DNA of 64,000 bases from Candidatus Tayloriibacteriota bacterium (GCA_016215405.1 JACRJQ010000008.1:124898-188897); one strand, 5' to 3'; counted from the first letter of the stretch, positions 18,333-28,764 are shown. Notes: generated from the sequence alone by a model not told the origin. Translations and numbers: made by a program.

Positions 18333-19336
18333 TGATTTATAGTTATAGATCCCTGCGCGCCCTGGAGGAGCTTCGCGCGGTGCTGTACCACGAGGTTTAT
18401 GTCAGACCTGCCGCCCGTCCCTGATTTGCGCAAGACGATCTCGTTCCTGTCCTTAAAATCGGCGATGCTGCCGCCGTTCATCTTCCAATCGAAGCTCAGG
18501 AATCCGTCGAGCGGGTCGAGACCGGAGATATAGAAAGGCTCGGCGCGGAGCGTTATCTCTTCGGAGAGGAGATCGAACGAGTTTCGGAGAGCCTTCTCGT
18601 ACATAAGCCCATAGAGAGGGCTGTTCTCGTAGAAGACGATCTCAGGAAGGCTCGGTACCACTGTGGTGAACGCCGATCCGGCGAGGTTCTCTTTAGGCGA
18701 GGACACCTCGACCGTTATCTCCTCCCCTTCCCTCATGTAGCTCGTCTGGGAGGTGGTGAAAGAATCCCTCCCGAAGCCAGACGCGCTCCCCTGGACGGTA
18801 CCGTTCTTCTTCCAGGTGTATATAAGGTCTTTCGGGTTTATCCTTTTGCCGGACTGGTCGAAGAATTCGGGGATGGCGGTCACCTTAAAGGCGCCGTTAT
18901 AGGAATGCAGAGCTTTCCCTTCGTAGAAGGGCGGCACATACGTATCCGATTGCCAGAGTAAGGTGACGTCGGCGGGACGGAATAGCATGCCGTTCCTTAT
19001 CACTCCGAAGTCTGGAGTGCTCACCTCGATCGAGATCGAGGTCGCCGTGCCCGTCTTGCCGAGCTTGAGGCTTATCTCTTTGAGGCCTACCCCTTCGGCG
19101 TAGATCTCCCCGTTGACCGACCATTTAAATATCGCCTTGTTGAGGTCTGTGCTGTAGCTCTGCGCGGAAACGTAGATGGTCTGGTTCGGCCGAGGATATT
19201 CTGGCACGACGCTAAAGACGATGGGCTCGCTGATGCCCGGTATCGTCTGCGCGGAGACGCCGCTCGAGAGGGCCGAGGCGACCAAAAGAAGGGCTGCGAA
19301 AAGGGAGAGGATTGTGCCTTTTATGAAGCGCAACAT
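18329..19336 (-). CDS. secreted hypothetical protein of the T4SS-like operon
   Basis: 335 aa with an N-terminal signal peptide; 4-nt overlap with the downstream gene. Confidence 0.5.
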   Translation of the reverse strand: MLRFIKGTILSLFAALLLVASALSSGVSAQTIPGISEPIVFSVVPEYPRPNQTIYVSAQSYSTDLNKAIFKWSVNGEIYAEGVGLKEISLKLGKTGTATSISIEVSTPDFGVIRNGMLFRPADVTLLWQSDTYVPPFYEGKALHSYNGAFKVTAIPEFFDQSGKRINPKDLIYTWKKNGTVQGSASGFGRDSFTTSQTSYMREGEEITVEVSSPKENLAGSAFTTVVPSLPEIVFYENSPLYGLMYEKALRNSFDLLSEEITLRAEPFYISGLDPLDGFLSFDWKMNGGSIADFKDRNEIVLRKSGTGGRSDINLVVQHRAKLLQGAQGSITINQ

Positions 19337-19379
19337 GGATATATTGTATCACAAGGAAAAGCCGCGCAGGATGCGCGGC

Positions 19380-21185
19380 TTACTGCATATCTGCCTTCGC
19401 CTGCTTCATGGCGAGGACTTGGGAAGGGTCGGACGTTATTATCTGGTCTTCCGTATACGAGGCTATGATCTTGATCGCCACATGTTTGAGGCCCACGAAG
19501 AATATGCCTTCCCCGACATCGGATTCGAGAAGGAGGTATTTCTCTTCGTCTGTGAGGTTGAATACCTGCTGGAGCCTGTCGATCGACGAGGGCGACTGCT
19601 TGAGGAGGACTTGGATAGACGAGTTCGTGATGATAGGCAGGCCGTAGGGCGATTTGAGGAAGTCGTCGACGTCCTGGGTGATAGTCGCGACGCCGAGGTA
19701 GTATTTTCTCCCTCGCTTGGCGAGGCCGAGGAGGAACGACGCCGTGTCGTCCGATTTCATCATCCACCACGCCTCGTCGATGACGAGGAGGCGTTTCTTG
19801 AGGTTCTTCCTGATAGCGTTCCAGATATAGTGGGTGACGATATACATCGCGACCGGTTTGAGCTCTTCCTCCATGTCGCGTAGGGAGAACACGATGAACT
19901 TCGCGCCGATATCGACGTTCGTCGGCCTGTTGATGAAGCCCGACCACGTGCCTTTCGTATATTTCGTGAGGCGCTGGACGAGAGACTCCCCTCCTTCCAT
20001 GCCGGCGAGGACGAGCTCGAAATCGGAGAGGAGCGGCGGCTCTATCGCAGAGAAGTCCGAGTCTGGCGTGATGTCTTTGAGGGCGTACGTCTCGCTTATC
20101 GCCTTGTCGATGATGGCATCCTCCTCGGGGGTTAGGCCTCCCATCATGATCCTGAAGAGCCCTACGAGGTTTATGATGTTCGAGCGCAGCACGTCTGCTC
20201 CCGACTCGTCTTCGCGCGGGATAGGCAGATCGAACGGATTGATGTGGTGCTCCGAGTTGAGCGATATGTTGAAGTATTTTCCGCCGGTCGCCTCCGCGAG
20301 GAATTCGTATTCCCTCTCAGGGTCGATGACGATGACGTCGGTGTCGAACATGAGTGTTCGGAGTATCTCGAGCTTCGTGGTATAGGACTTTCCCGCGCCG
20401 GATTTGGCGAACGTGATCGAATTGTAGTTCTCGAGAGAGAAGCGGTCGAAGAGGACCAAAGACGAGTTATGGCGGTTGATGCCGTAGAGGATGCCCTTGT
20501 CGGAAGTGAGGTCGAACGAGATGAATGGGAAGAGCGACGAGAGGGGCGACGAGTTGAGCTTGGAATGCACCCCGAGCTCGTCGGAAGCGGTAGGAAGGTT
20601 AGATTTGTAGCCCTGTTCCTGCTGGAAGAGCGCCGGCTTTACATAGACAAGCTTTGATTCGAGGATGGATTTTATCTCCGATTCGGTCTTGTCGAGCTCC
20701 TGCTCGTTCTCGCCGTAGATGGAAAGGTATACCCCGACGTCGAAGAGCTTCTCTTGGGCCTGCTGGAGCTGATCGCGCAGCTGCTCGAGGTCCTGATACG
20801 CCGTGTCGAGCATCGGGTCGCGGACGAGGCCCTTCTGCTCGCGTATCGATATCTGGCTCTGCACCTCCGCCACTTTCTTTTGGAATTGCCTGAGGACCTT
20901 CGCGGTCTCTATCGGGTGGATGAATATCGAGATGTTGAATACCTTGTCGAGGTTTATGATGGGCGCGAACCAGCTCTCGGAGAGGAAGCGCGGATATGAG
21001 ATGACGAAGAACGATCGAACGATCTTATCGCCGAGGGAGAGCTCTCGCGGGGATATCTTGAGTGCGGACGGAGCGATCACGTCTTTGAGCTCGAGGACGC
21101 CGGCTTCGTATATCTCCTGCGGGAGGATAGGCGCTATTGATGCCCTGTTCCCGTCCTTTTTCTTCATAAAGTCGAAAAGTCCCAT
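19380..21185 (-). CDS. virB4: VirB4/TrbE-family conjugative/type IV secretion ATPase
   Basis: 601 aa; Walker A FAKSGAGKS and Walker B LLVIDEAWWM, characteristic of VirB4. Confidence 0.85.
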   Translation of the reverse strand: MGLFDFMKKKDGNRASIAPILPQEIYEAGVLELKDVIAPSALKISPRELSLGDKIVRSFFVISYPRFLSESWFAPIINLDKVFNISIFIHPIETAKVLRQFQKKVAEVQSQISIREQKGLVRDPMLDTAYQDLEQLRDQLQQAQEKLFDVGVYLSIYGENEQELDKTESEIKSILESKLVYVKPALFQQEQGYKSNLPTASDELGVHSKLNSSPLSSLFPFISFDLTSDKGILYGINRHNSSLVLFDRFSLENYNSITFAKSGAGKSYTTKLEILRTLMFDTDVIVIDPEREYEFLAEATGGKYFNISLNSEHHINPFDLPIPREDESGADVLRSNIINLVGLFRIMMGGLTPEEDAIIDKAISETYALKDITPDSDFSAIEPPLLSDFELVLAGMEGGESLVQRLTKYTKGTWSGFINRPTNVDIGAKFIVFSLRDMEEELKPVAMYIVTHYIWNAIRKNLKKRLLVIDEAWWMMKSDDTASFLLGLAKRGRKYYLGVATITQDVDDFLKSPYGLPIITNSSIQVLLKQSPSSIDRLQQVFNLTDEEKYLLLESDVGEGIFFVGLKHVAIKIIASYTEDQIITSDPSQVLAMKQAKADMQ

Positions 21186-21189
21186 AGGT

Positions 21190-21825
21190 TTAATTTAGAG
21201 GGATAGGCTTCTCCGTGTCTCCGGGATTGAATATCTTGTAGAAGAGCTCGACGATCTCTTCGGTTCCGAGCTCGACCGACCTGATGCCGCAGCGGACGAG
21301 GCCTTGAGTGACCACCCCCACCCTCTGCTCGAGCTGGCTTCTGTGCTCTTCGAAGAGCTCGATCCTCTTTTCGGCAGATTGAGCGTCGGTCCTTTTCGAG
21401 AAGACGTCGGTCACGCTCGATTTGTTGAGGGTCGCGGGAGAGTAGGGCACGACCACGAAGAACGTCTTGGTCATGATGTTGGAGTTCTCCGTGAAATTCT
21501 TGATGAATCCGATGTACTCGCGGGTCTGGATCTTGAGGAGGTCGGAGACCTGCTCTTTGAGCCTGTTCTCGAGGAGGGCGATGTAGGGCCTGATGTCGAG
21601 CTTTCTAGACTGTATGAATATCTGGATCGAGAAGTCGAGAGAGTTCACGAAATTCTGGAACTGCATGAGGATCGACTGCTGTTCGTCGGCTGATTTGAGC
21701 GCGAAGTTGAGCGAGGACGCCATGATGACGGCGCGAAGCGATCCGTCTTTGAGGACGACGATGCCTTGGCGTATCTCCTTTATAGGGACGAACTCCTGCG
21801 TCGTCTTGGCGTTAACGGCTGGCAT
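21190..21825 (-). CDS. hypothetical protein (T4SS-like operon)
   Basis: 211 aa, tightly packed between virB4 and the VirB3-like gene. Confidence 0.45.
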   Translation of the reverse strand: MPAVNAKTTQEFVPIKEIRQGIVVLKDGSLRAVIMASSLNFALKSADEQQSILMQFQNFVNSLDFSIQIFIQSRKLDIRPYIALLENRLKEQVSDLLKIQTREYIGFIKNFTENSNIMTKTFFVVVPYSPATLNKSSVTDVFSKRTDAQSAEKRIELFEEHRSQLEQRVGVVTQGLVRCGIRSVELGTEEIVELFYKIFNPGDTEKPIPLN

Positions 21826-21842
21826 GGATGAAGTATATCAGA

Positions 21843-22298
21843 TTAGATATTCGACCTGCCCTTCTGGCTCTGGACGGGATTCTGCGCCTGCTTGATGTCG
21901 AGAGACCACGTGAGATCCTTGAGCTTGGAGTCCGAGAGCTTCGGGACGTAGAAATCGTTAGTCGTCGCCTCTGCGGCCTGTTTCGCGATCACCTGCTTGT
22001 CGACCTTCTTCCAGATGTAGAGCTTGTTACCTATGTAATATCCCCAGGCGGCCTCGACGACGTTTATGAACGGCTTGTTGTTTATCTTGTAGAACGCCAG
22101 AGCGAGGGTGAATCCTACGATAGGAAGGATGAGGATGGCGCTTAGGAAGAGGTTGCCCGCAAAGGAATACACGAGGAACGAGAGCCCGGCGCCGCCGAGG
22201 AGGTATATGAACTGCCTGAGGGTGAGGGGGCCGAATATCTTGTCTTCAACCTCTATGAACTGGGGCACCTGGAATCGCATAGCGATATTATAGCGCAA
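21843..22298 (-). CDS. VirB3/PrgI-like small membrane protein
   Basis: 151 aa with two adjacent TM helices (LGGAGLSFLVYSFAGNLFLSAILILPIVGFTLALAF), directly upstream of virB4 as in Gram-positive T4SS. Confidence 0.5.
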   Translation of the reverse strand: MRYNIAMRFQVPQFIEVEDKIFGPLTLRQFIYLLGGAGLSFLVYSFAGNLFLSAILILPIVGFTLALAFYKINNKPFINVVEAAWGYYIGNKLYIWKKVDKQVIAKQAAEATTNDFYVPKLSDSKLKDLTWSLDIKQAQNPVQSQKGRSNI

Positions 22299-22324
22299 AA
22301 AACATCGCCCTTGCGGGCGATGTT

Positions 22325-22954
22325 CTAGGCGATAGGCTCTCTGTAAGGGTCCGCGGAGTATTTTGGCTTTGGCGGTTCGGGGACTGGGTGCTGTAGCGTC
22401 GGTTCGGGCTTTATCTGGGCCCTTTGGGCCGGGAGATTGACCGTTTCCGTGAGTTTCCCTGCTATGAATTCGTTGGCCACCGTCTTTTTCGATTCCTCGA
22501 GGACCTCTTTTGGTACCGCCGGGCCTCCGGTATCGACGGTTATAGGAGGCGTGGAAGGAGTCGGATTCTCGATTTCGGCGAGGAGGCTCTCTCGTTCGAG
22601 GTTCTCGAGTTTTGATTCTTGTGGCGTAGCCGACGCTTCGACCGGAGTACCTGCAGCGATATTTCGGAAAGGGAGGAATACGCTCTGATTGAGCTCATTC
22701 ACCACTCCGTTGAGGTCTTTTACCGACCCTCCGAGAGCCTTGCCTAATTCCCGCGGGAAGTCTGAGGTGTTCAGGAGGCCCGTGAGAGCGAGAAAGACAA
22801 GATCACCCATCTTCCCTATCCCATCGAGGAGGAGGCCGTGCCGGGTTCCGATGTCACGGAGAGAGGATGTGAAATCCACAGACGCGAGGAACTCCTTTTC
22901 CCTTTCAGAGAGCCTTTTGTACGAATATATTTTTTGTTCGTTGGTGAAATCCAT
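22325..22954 (-). CDS. hypothetical protein (T4SS-like operon)
   Basis: 209 aa soluble protein with a Pro-rich C-terminus. Confidence 0.45.
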   Translation of the reverse strand: MDFTNEQKIYSYKRLSEREKEFLASVDFTSSLRDIGTRHGLLLDGIGKMGDLVFLALTGLLNTSDFPRELGKALGGSVKDLNGVVNELNQSVFLPFRNIAAGTPVEASATPQESKLENLERESLLAEIENPTPSTPPITVDTGGPAVPKEVLEESKKTVANEFIAGKLTETVNLPAQRAQIKPEPTLQHPVPEPPKPKYSADPYREPIA

Positions 22955-22956
22955 CT

Positions 22957-25392
22957 CTAGAATGTTTTACCTACGGGATTGTCGCGGAACCACTCGATGA
23001 CCTTATCGACATTCTCTCTTACGTCTGGAGGTAGGGTCGCGGGAGCGTTCTGGATTCTGGTCTTGATCTCAGTCCTTTCGGCAGAGCCGAGCTCGTCGAG
23101 CACTTTTCCGAGGGTCTTCGGAGTGAGGCGGTAGATGACCTCGGAGTGACTGAGCCTCTTATCTGGACCTCCTGGATCTCTCCAGCCGAGCTTTGCGATC
23201 TCGTTCTCCTCGAGCTCCTTGAGCTCGTCGCGAATCACAGCGACGTTTCCTAGAGATATCGCGTCATCGAGCTTCTTATAGCGGGCATCCTTCATCTTTT
23301 TCTTGGTCGTGCCGGTGAGCCTCGAGCTCTTCATGAGCTTGTCGAACTTGTCGTAATCCATGACATGAGGATTGACGAAGGATTCTTCGATGAGGGTGTC
23401 AGGAGTGAGATTCTCGAGCTCTTTGTCGGAGTGGCTCTTGATAGCCTTTTTGACCTCTTCTGCCGATGCTCTGTTCTTGACCGCGCCCGATACGTCAGCG
23501 AGCCGAGCGCCCCAGATCTTCGCTTTGTCCTCGTCGTTTTCCGCCTTATCGGCGAGATGCTCTGCCTGGCTCTGCGATATGACCTGGACGAATTGCTCGT
23601 TCTTCGTCGCTTTCTTGTCGAGCTTCTCGAGCTGCTTGTTGCCGAGCTTCTGCGCCTCTTCGGCGATCTTCGCTTTGGCATCTTTTACCGCATTGTTCGA
23701 GTTGTACCCTTGGAGCGCCGTCATGTATTGGGTCTGAGCGGTGCGGTATGCGGCCTCGCTCGCCGCTGTCGGATTCGCTTTCCATGCACTTTCCGCTTGA
23801 TCGAGGCCGACTTTAAGGGCCTTTGTGTTGTAGTGTCCAGGGCCTGCCATGACTTCGAGGACGCTTTCGATCTGTTTGAGTATCGCCTGATTCGCCTTTT
23901 CGATCTTGCGCTCCTCTGCCCACTCGGCGGTATCGGCCTTGATCGCTTTCGCGTCCTTGCCCTTGAGGTCGATTCCCTTGTCTCCGGTGGCGCCGCCTAC
24001 GATATTGGTCATCAGGTTGCCCACCTTGTTGTCCCCGATGCCGATGTTTCGTACGTCCCATGTCCCCGACTTCATCTTGTTCGTCGTCGCCTCCCCTGCA
24101 TCCTTGAGGGCCTTTCGAGGGTCTTTGACATACTTCATAACCTTAGGATCGGTCATCCATGGAGCGAGGTTCTCTTTTCCTGTCTTCTTGAAAGCGTCCC
24201 AACCCTGACCTTTTTCTGCGGTAAGGGCCGCGCCGAGGCCTCGGCCTCCGGCTCGCAAGCCCATCATAAGGCCGCCCGTCGCGTACGTTCCTACGGCTCC
24301 TACAGCGAGCTTGCCGAGAGAGGACGCGAGGCCACCAAGGGCCGTCCCCATCTCGCCCGAGTTCTTCTTTGCGATGTTAAGCGTCGCTTTGAGGAGAAAG
24401 ATGATGAGGAAGTACTGGAAGTACTGCGATACGCTGATGCCCATGCTGTCGATCGCCTTGTCCTGGAGCATCTCGAGGCTGAGGTCTTGCAGGCTATTTA
24501 TGAATTGGAGCGATATATAGAGCATGAGAAGGAACGCGACCGGGAATATTGCGGCGCTCGAGAGCTCCTTCCACCACTTTTTCGAGTACTCGCTTATCTG
24601 AGGCAAGACGCTGCCCATGAATCCTATAGGCGAGAAGACCATGAGGAAGAGTATCGTCACGCTTCGGGCGATGAAGAGCACGGCGCAGTACATGAATATG
24701 TATGTCGCGATGGAGACGACGGTGAGGCGCAGTATCCCGGCTATGAAGCCCTTGCTCGGATCGGTAAGGTCTGCGGGATTCTTTCCCACCCCGTTCGCGT
24801 TCTCTTTGGCGTTTCCGAGCCAGAACTGCATGACGCCGAGCCTCGTCGCGATGAGGCCCGAGAGGCTCGTCGGCTTGTTCTGATCCTGGCTATTGACGAC
24901 GAGGGTCTTCTGGATGCCTCCGTAGAGCCAGTTGCCGAAGACGTTCGAGACATCGACGAGGGTCTTGGTGAAGAAGAGGCTGAAGTTTATGAGAAGGGCG
25001 GCGATGACGACGTTCTTGAGCATGTTCATCGTGCCAAACCTCGTGCCGTTCACTATAGTGCCGAGGCTTATCCAGATGAGGATGAATATGAAGAATATGT
25101 TCGCGATGTCGCGGATGATGACCCAGCCGAGGTTTATCGCCGGAGAGAGGCTGAATATGTAAGCCGTGTGGAGACCGAACTGGATCGAGGTGTCCATGAT
25201 CATGCCTGCGAGGTACATGAAGAAGGACGAGAGCGGGAGTATGAGGATCTCGACCGGCCATATGAAGAATCGGCCTATCGCGCTCGTCGCGATATCTATG
25301 AACTGCGCATGCGCGATCTGCGGCACTACGAAGACCAGCCCTGCGAGGGCGATGAGAGGGAGCGCCGGTCTAAGGTTTATGGATCGCCGCAT
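22957..25392 (-). CDS. VirB6/TrbL-like polytopic membrane protein with a large hydrophilic C-terminal domain
   Basis: 811 aa; signal peptide, at least 6 TM helices in the N-terminal half, long charged coiled-coil-like tail. Confidence 0.6.
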   Translation of the reverse strand: MRRSINLRPALPLIALAGLVFVVPQIAHAQFIDIATSAIGRFFIWPVEILILPLSSFFMYLAGMIMDTSIQFGLHTAYIFSLSPAINLGWVIIRDIANIFFIFILIWISLGTIVNGTRFGTMNMLKNVVIAALLINFSLFFTKTLVDVSNVFGNWLYGGIQKTLVVNSQDQNKPTSLSGLIATRLGVMQFWLGNAKENANGVGKNPADLTDPSKGFIAGILRLTVVSIATYIFMYCAVLFIARSVTILFLMVFSPIGFMGSVLPQISEYSKKWWKELSSAAIFPVAFLLMLYISLQFINSLQDLSLEMLQDKAIDSMGISVSQYFQYFLIIFLLKATLNIAKKNSGEMGTALGGLASSLGKLAVGAVGTYATGGLMMGLRAGGRGLGAALTAEKGQGWDAFKKTGKENLAPWMTDPKVMKYVKDPRKALKDAGEATTNKMKSGTWDVRNIGIGDNKVGNLMTNIVGGATGDKGIDLKGKDAKAIKADTAEWAEERKIEKANQAILKQIESVLEVMAGPGHYNTKALKVGLDQAESAWKANPTAASEAAYRTAQTQYMTALQGYNSNNAVKDAKAKIAEEAQKLGNKQLEKLDKKATKNEQFVQVISQSQAEHLADKAENDEDKAKIWGARLADVSGAVKNRASAEEVKKAIKSHSDKELENLTPDTLIEESFVNPHVMDYDKFDKLMKSSRLTGTTKKKMKDARYKKLDDAISLGNVAVIRDELKELEENEIAKLGWRDPGGPDKRLSHSEVIYRLTPKTLGKVLDELGSAERTEIKTRIQNAPATLPPDVRENVDKVIEWFRDNPVGKTF

Positions 25393-25399
25393 TTAGTAT

Positions 25400-27799
25400 C
25401 TATTGTACTACGAAGTTGCCCGTCGCGGTCTTAAGGACGGTGCCGAACTTATCCTCAACCGTGGTTTCGATGGTATAGGTCCCAGCCGGAGCGCCGACCT
25501 TTATGCTCTGGGCCTTTTGCCTGAAGAGATAGTATTTGGCCGGATTGCTCTGGGTTACCCGCGAGAGCTCGAAGGAGCCCGAATCGTTCTCCGGCGATAT
25601 CGCGAATATCGAGATCTGCTCGCCTTCCCTACCGTACGCGAAGTCCATGGTCGAGAATACCGATAGGTACGATACCCTAGAGCCGTTTCGCTTGATGTTC
25701 GATTTTATGGTGAGCTCGTTACCAGAAGATATCGGCTTTTCTGCCGTAAGGCGGAGCTCGTAGCCCTGAGAAGAGCCGTTCGCTATCGAAGACGTCGGCG
25801 AGGAAGTAAGCCATGCGAGAGTGCTCGTCGCTGTTCGGCCATCGTCTTGTACGGTCGACGAGGATCCGGATGAAGACGACCCCGACCCGCCCGAGATAGG
25901 GGTAGTCGAGCCGACGGAGACGTTACCGATCACTTCGACCTCGATGAGCTCGAGAGGGTGATAGCAGCTCTCGTACTCTCGCTCGCCTCGGAATTCGAAG
26001 GTGACGCGGCATTGGTCGTCGAGCTGGCCCTGCTTCTCTATCCTCACATACCTCCTCGTCTGCCCGACCGGTACGATCGTCGGATTAGGGCTCGAATCTG
26101 CCGGCGAGAGCGAGTCGGATGCCCATGCGTTCTGAGAGGCTCCGTCGGACGCGACGACGCGGATAGATCCCAAGGTCTCTGAGGCGGGCTTGTTCGCGAC
26201 GCGCCAGATGCGCACTTCTTTTATGGCTTTGGCCGCGCCGAGGTCTACTTCCCACCATGGGTTCTCTTCCTCTGCGCTTATCGCCGGTTGATTATATTGG
26301 GTGACGTTACCGTCTTTGTTCCCGTTCACGGCGTTGTTCGCAGAACCGCCTCCGAAGCTCGATTGGGATGCGGGCTTGAGGAGAGCGTAATTCTGCTCGG
26401 TCGCCTCTTCTGATGAGAAATTATCGCTGATGAGCTCTTGCTGGGCCTGCTGCTGGGCGACCGCCTTGTTAGTCGCTATATCGGTCGCCTTATAGATGTC
26501 TTGGACCCCGGCGTCGTTCTGGACGAGGTCGGCGGCCGCATCGAAGTCTCGTACTTGGTAGTCTTCGGCCGGAGACGTCGCTCCGGTCGCTGTTGTCCCT
26601 CCGGCGCCGTAGTATTGGTTCTGGTATTTATTGTAATAGCTCTGGCTCGCCGAGCTCTTCTTGCTCATGCCGAGGAGGCCGTATGCGCCTTGAATCGCCT
26701 TTTGAGCGAGCTGGTTCATCGTCGCTGCGATGACGTCGTCGATCTCCTGCGCGACTGCGGCCTGGATGTCCCCTTGGGCCAAGGTGCTGTTGAGCTTCGA
26801 GGCGATGACGTATCCCGGAGTCTGGGTCACTTGCTTCTTGCAGATAGGCTTTTCGGAGGTCGAGAATATCGTCTGAGTCTTCGTGGCCGAGGTCGGCGCG
26901 GAGGTCTGTTTGCCGTCTAAGCTGTATGTCCCGAACGCGTCGGCGTTGAGGTTGGTCTTTTGGACCTGTACCCCTCCCTCCTTTCCGCCACTTTTCTTTA
27001 CAGCCTCCACTCTCGCTTTAGCTTCTGCTTCCGTCTCGAGGTCTTCCGCCGCGCACTTCCTCGGGATATCGAGGAAGCCTTGGCCCAAAGCGAGCTTGTT
27101 CTGCTTGATCCCCGCGGCGCGCGCAGCCCTCTCCGCAAGCTCGCCGTCGGCTATGACATAGGCGCCGTAGACGTTGTTCTGGGGCTCGGTCGTAAGGGAG
27201 AGCCAGTTGTCCCAGCCTTGTCCGCCGTTCGTCGCTATGTTGTTGCCGATCTGCGATGCCGTACATCGAGCTCTCTCTCGAAACGGCCTACTATATTTGA
27301 GGGCGAGGGCGATTCGGATCTGGAATCCGAAGTCGTTACAGAGGAATCCGAGCTCCGTGCCTTCGATGAAGGTGCCTACTGCCTGGTCGGCCGCGTCGAG
27401 GAGCGTTCCTTCGAAGTCGGTCACGAACGTAGGGCTGCCTTCGAAACCGGAATTCACCCAGTTGACTATGCTCGAGCCGATATTTCGGATGAGCGAAACG
27501 ATCATTATCTTTGCGAGAGGCTGGAGGATGCAGCTGTTGAAGGACGCCGAGTGGACGGCTGCGTTGGTCGACGTGTCCTGGAGCGTGTCGCCGCTGCCGT
27601 CAGAGACGCCGATGATCTCTTTCACCCATGCAGGCGTGCTCACTCCAATAGCGGTGAGGAGGCCGACGATACAGGCTCCGGCTTTGCCTTGACCTTGGGC
27701 ATATACAGGCTTAGGCGGCAGAGCGGCGAGGCTTGCGGGGATGACGAAAGAGAGAGCGAGTATCGATGCTGTTATCTTTGTGAGGACGCTCTTCTTCAT
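25400..27799 (-). CDS. large secreted protein with a discoidin (F5/8 type C)-like domain
   Basis: 799 aa; signal peptide. ...NAVNGNKDGNVTQYNQPAISAEEENPWWEVDLGAAKAIKEVRIWRV resembles a galactose-binding-like fold. C-terminal Ser/Gly-rich linker plus a beta domain. Confidence 0.55.
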   Translation of the reverse strand: MKKSVLTKITASILALSFVIPASLAALPPKPVYAQGQGKAGACIVGLLTAIGVSTPAWVKEIIGVSDGSGDTLQDTSTNAAVHSASFNSCILQPLAKIMIVSLIRNIGSSIVNWVNSGFEGSPTFVTDFEGTLLDAADQAVGTFIEGTELGFLCNDFGFQIRIALALKYSRPFRERARCTASQIGNNIATNGGQGWDNWLSLTTEPQNNVYGAYVIADGELAERAARAAGIKQNKLALGQGFLDIPRKCAAEDLETEAEAKARVEAVKKSGGKEGGVQVQKTNLNADAFGTYSLDGKQTSAPTSATKTQTIFSTSEKPICKKQVTQTPGYVIASKLNSTLAQGDIQAAVAQEIDDVIAATMNQLAQKAIQGAYGLLGMSKKSSASQSYYNKYQNQYYGAGGTTATGATSPAEDYQVRDFDAAADLVQNDAGVQDIYKATDIATNKAVAQQQAQQELISDNFSSEEATEQNYALLKPASQSSFGGGSANNAVNGNKDGNVTQYNQPAISAEEENPWWEVDLGAAKAIKEVRIWRVANKPASETLGSIRVVASDGASQNAWASDSLSPADSSPNPTIVPVGQTRRYVRIEKQGQLDDQCRVTFEFRGEREYESCYHPLELIEVEVIGNVSVGSTTPISGGSGSSSSGSSSTVQDDGRTATSTLAWLTSSPTSSIANGSSQGYELRLTAEKPISSGNELTIKSNIKRNGSRVSYLSVFSTMDFAYGREGEQISIFAISPENDSGSFELSRVTQSNPAKYYLFRQKAQSIKVGAPAGTYTIETTVEDKFGTVLKTATGNFVVQ

Positions 27800-27828
27800 G
27801 TAGGAGGATTAGCGACTTTAATTATACC

Positions 27829-28716
27829 CTATCGCGTAAGGACATATCCCCTTTCGTCTGAGGAGAACGTCACGTTCTTAGAGATGAAATAGCTCCGAAG
27901 CCCGAGGCTACCGGCGGTGAGGAGGTCGATGCCATCCTCGTAGGTTCGTATCTTGGTGAGCGAGGCTATCGGGTCCACGTCCATAGAGAGGATGCCTTCG
28001 ACCGCCCTCGAGAGGTAGGATATGCCGTTTATAAGGTCGATGTGGATCGATGCGGCATCCTGCGGTACCACCACCGATCTAAGCGACTCGGCGATATCTT
28101 GGTAGCGCTTCAGTATGAGTATGAGGCTCTCGACGTCGCCTTTTTCGCTCTCGTCGTTCATTATCCTCTCGAGGATGATGAGCTCTTGGTCTCCCGGCAC
28201 AGGTGGGACGGAAAGAGCCTTTCCTACCGCGTTTCCATAGGATTTAACGCGCGCGCGGCTCGTATCTGTCGTGACGGATATGTCGCTTGCTGTGATAAGG
28301 GGCATTTGCCCAGAATAGTCGTTCGAGAGGGCGAGCTCAGCGATCTTTTCGGCGGTGGCCTCGTCGATCTTTTCCCCGTTCTGTTTCGCCTGAGCATAGA
28401 GGGTGAAAAGCTCGCGAGCGAACCGGTCTGTCGCCGTGAGCTCTGCAGGCGTAGATGAGGCGTAAGCGTCCGGGTCGCCCGCCGTGCTCGTCGCAGAATC
28501 GATCCCTCCGAGGAGCTGGAGGCTTTTCTCCCAATCTATCTCGCCGTTCTTTATCGCCTCTTTGACGCTCGCATCGGCCAAGAGCCCGACCTGCTGTCTG
28601 AGATCTTCCTTTGGAGCGTTCTTTTGCGCGACCTTCATCGCTCCCGCTGCTCCAATCAAAAGGAGCGCGATGACGAGAGAGGCTCCGATCTTCGTCTTGA
28701 GAAACGCAAGAGGCAT
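27829..28716 (-). CDS. secreted/membrane-anchored hypothetical protein (first gene of the T4SS-like operon)
   Basis: Start MPLAFLKTKIGASLVIALLLIGAAGA is a signal/anchor. A TATAAT box lies immediately upstream on the minus strand. The longer ORF start at 29070 was rejected because it would overlap the divergent gene. Confidence 0.5.
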   Translation of the reverse strand: MPLAFLKTKIGASLVIALLLIGAAGAMKVAQKNAPKEDLRQQVGLLADASVKEAIKNGEIDWEKSLQLLGGIDSATSTAGDPDAYASSTPAELTATDRFARELFTLYAQAKQNGEKIDEATAEKIAELALSNDYSGQMPLITASDISVTTDTSRARVKSYGNAVGKALSVPPVPGDQELIILERIMNDESEKGDVESLILILKRYQDIAESLRSVVVPQDAASIHIDLINGISYLSRAVEGILSMDVDPIASLTKIRTYEDGIDLLTAGSLGLRSYFISKNVTFSSDERGYVLTR

Positions 28717-28764
28717 TGCACAGAGATTATAGCAGGTATTCGAGAGGCGCGTTATACTTTTCTC

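Noticed and set aside
23365-25434. 689-aa plus-strand ORF opposite the VirB6-like gene; also 26960..27892(+), 34717..35763(+), 37663..39399(+), 57789..58847(-), 60872..61720(-)
   Set aside because: All are antisense to strongly supported genes; their charged low-complexity translations reflect GC bias.
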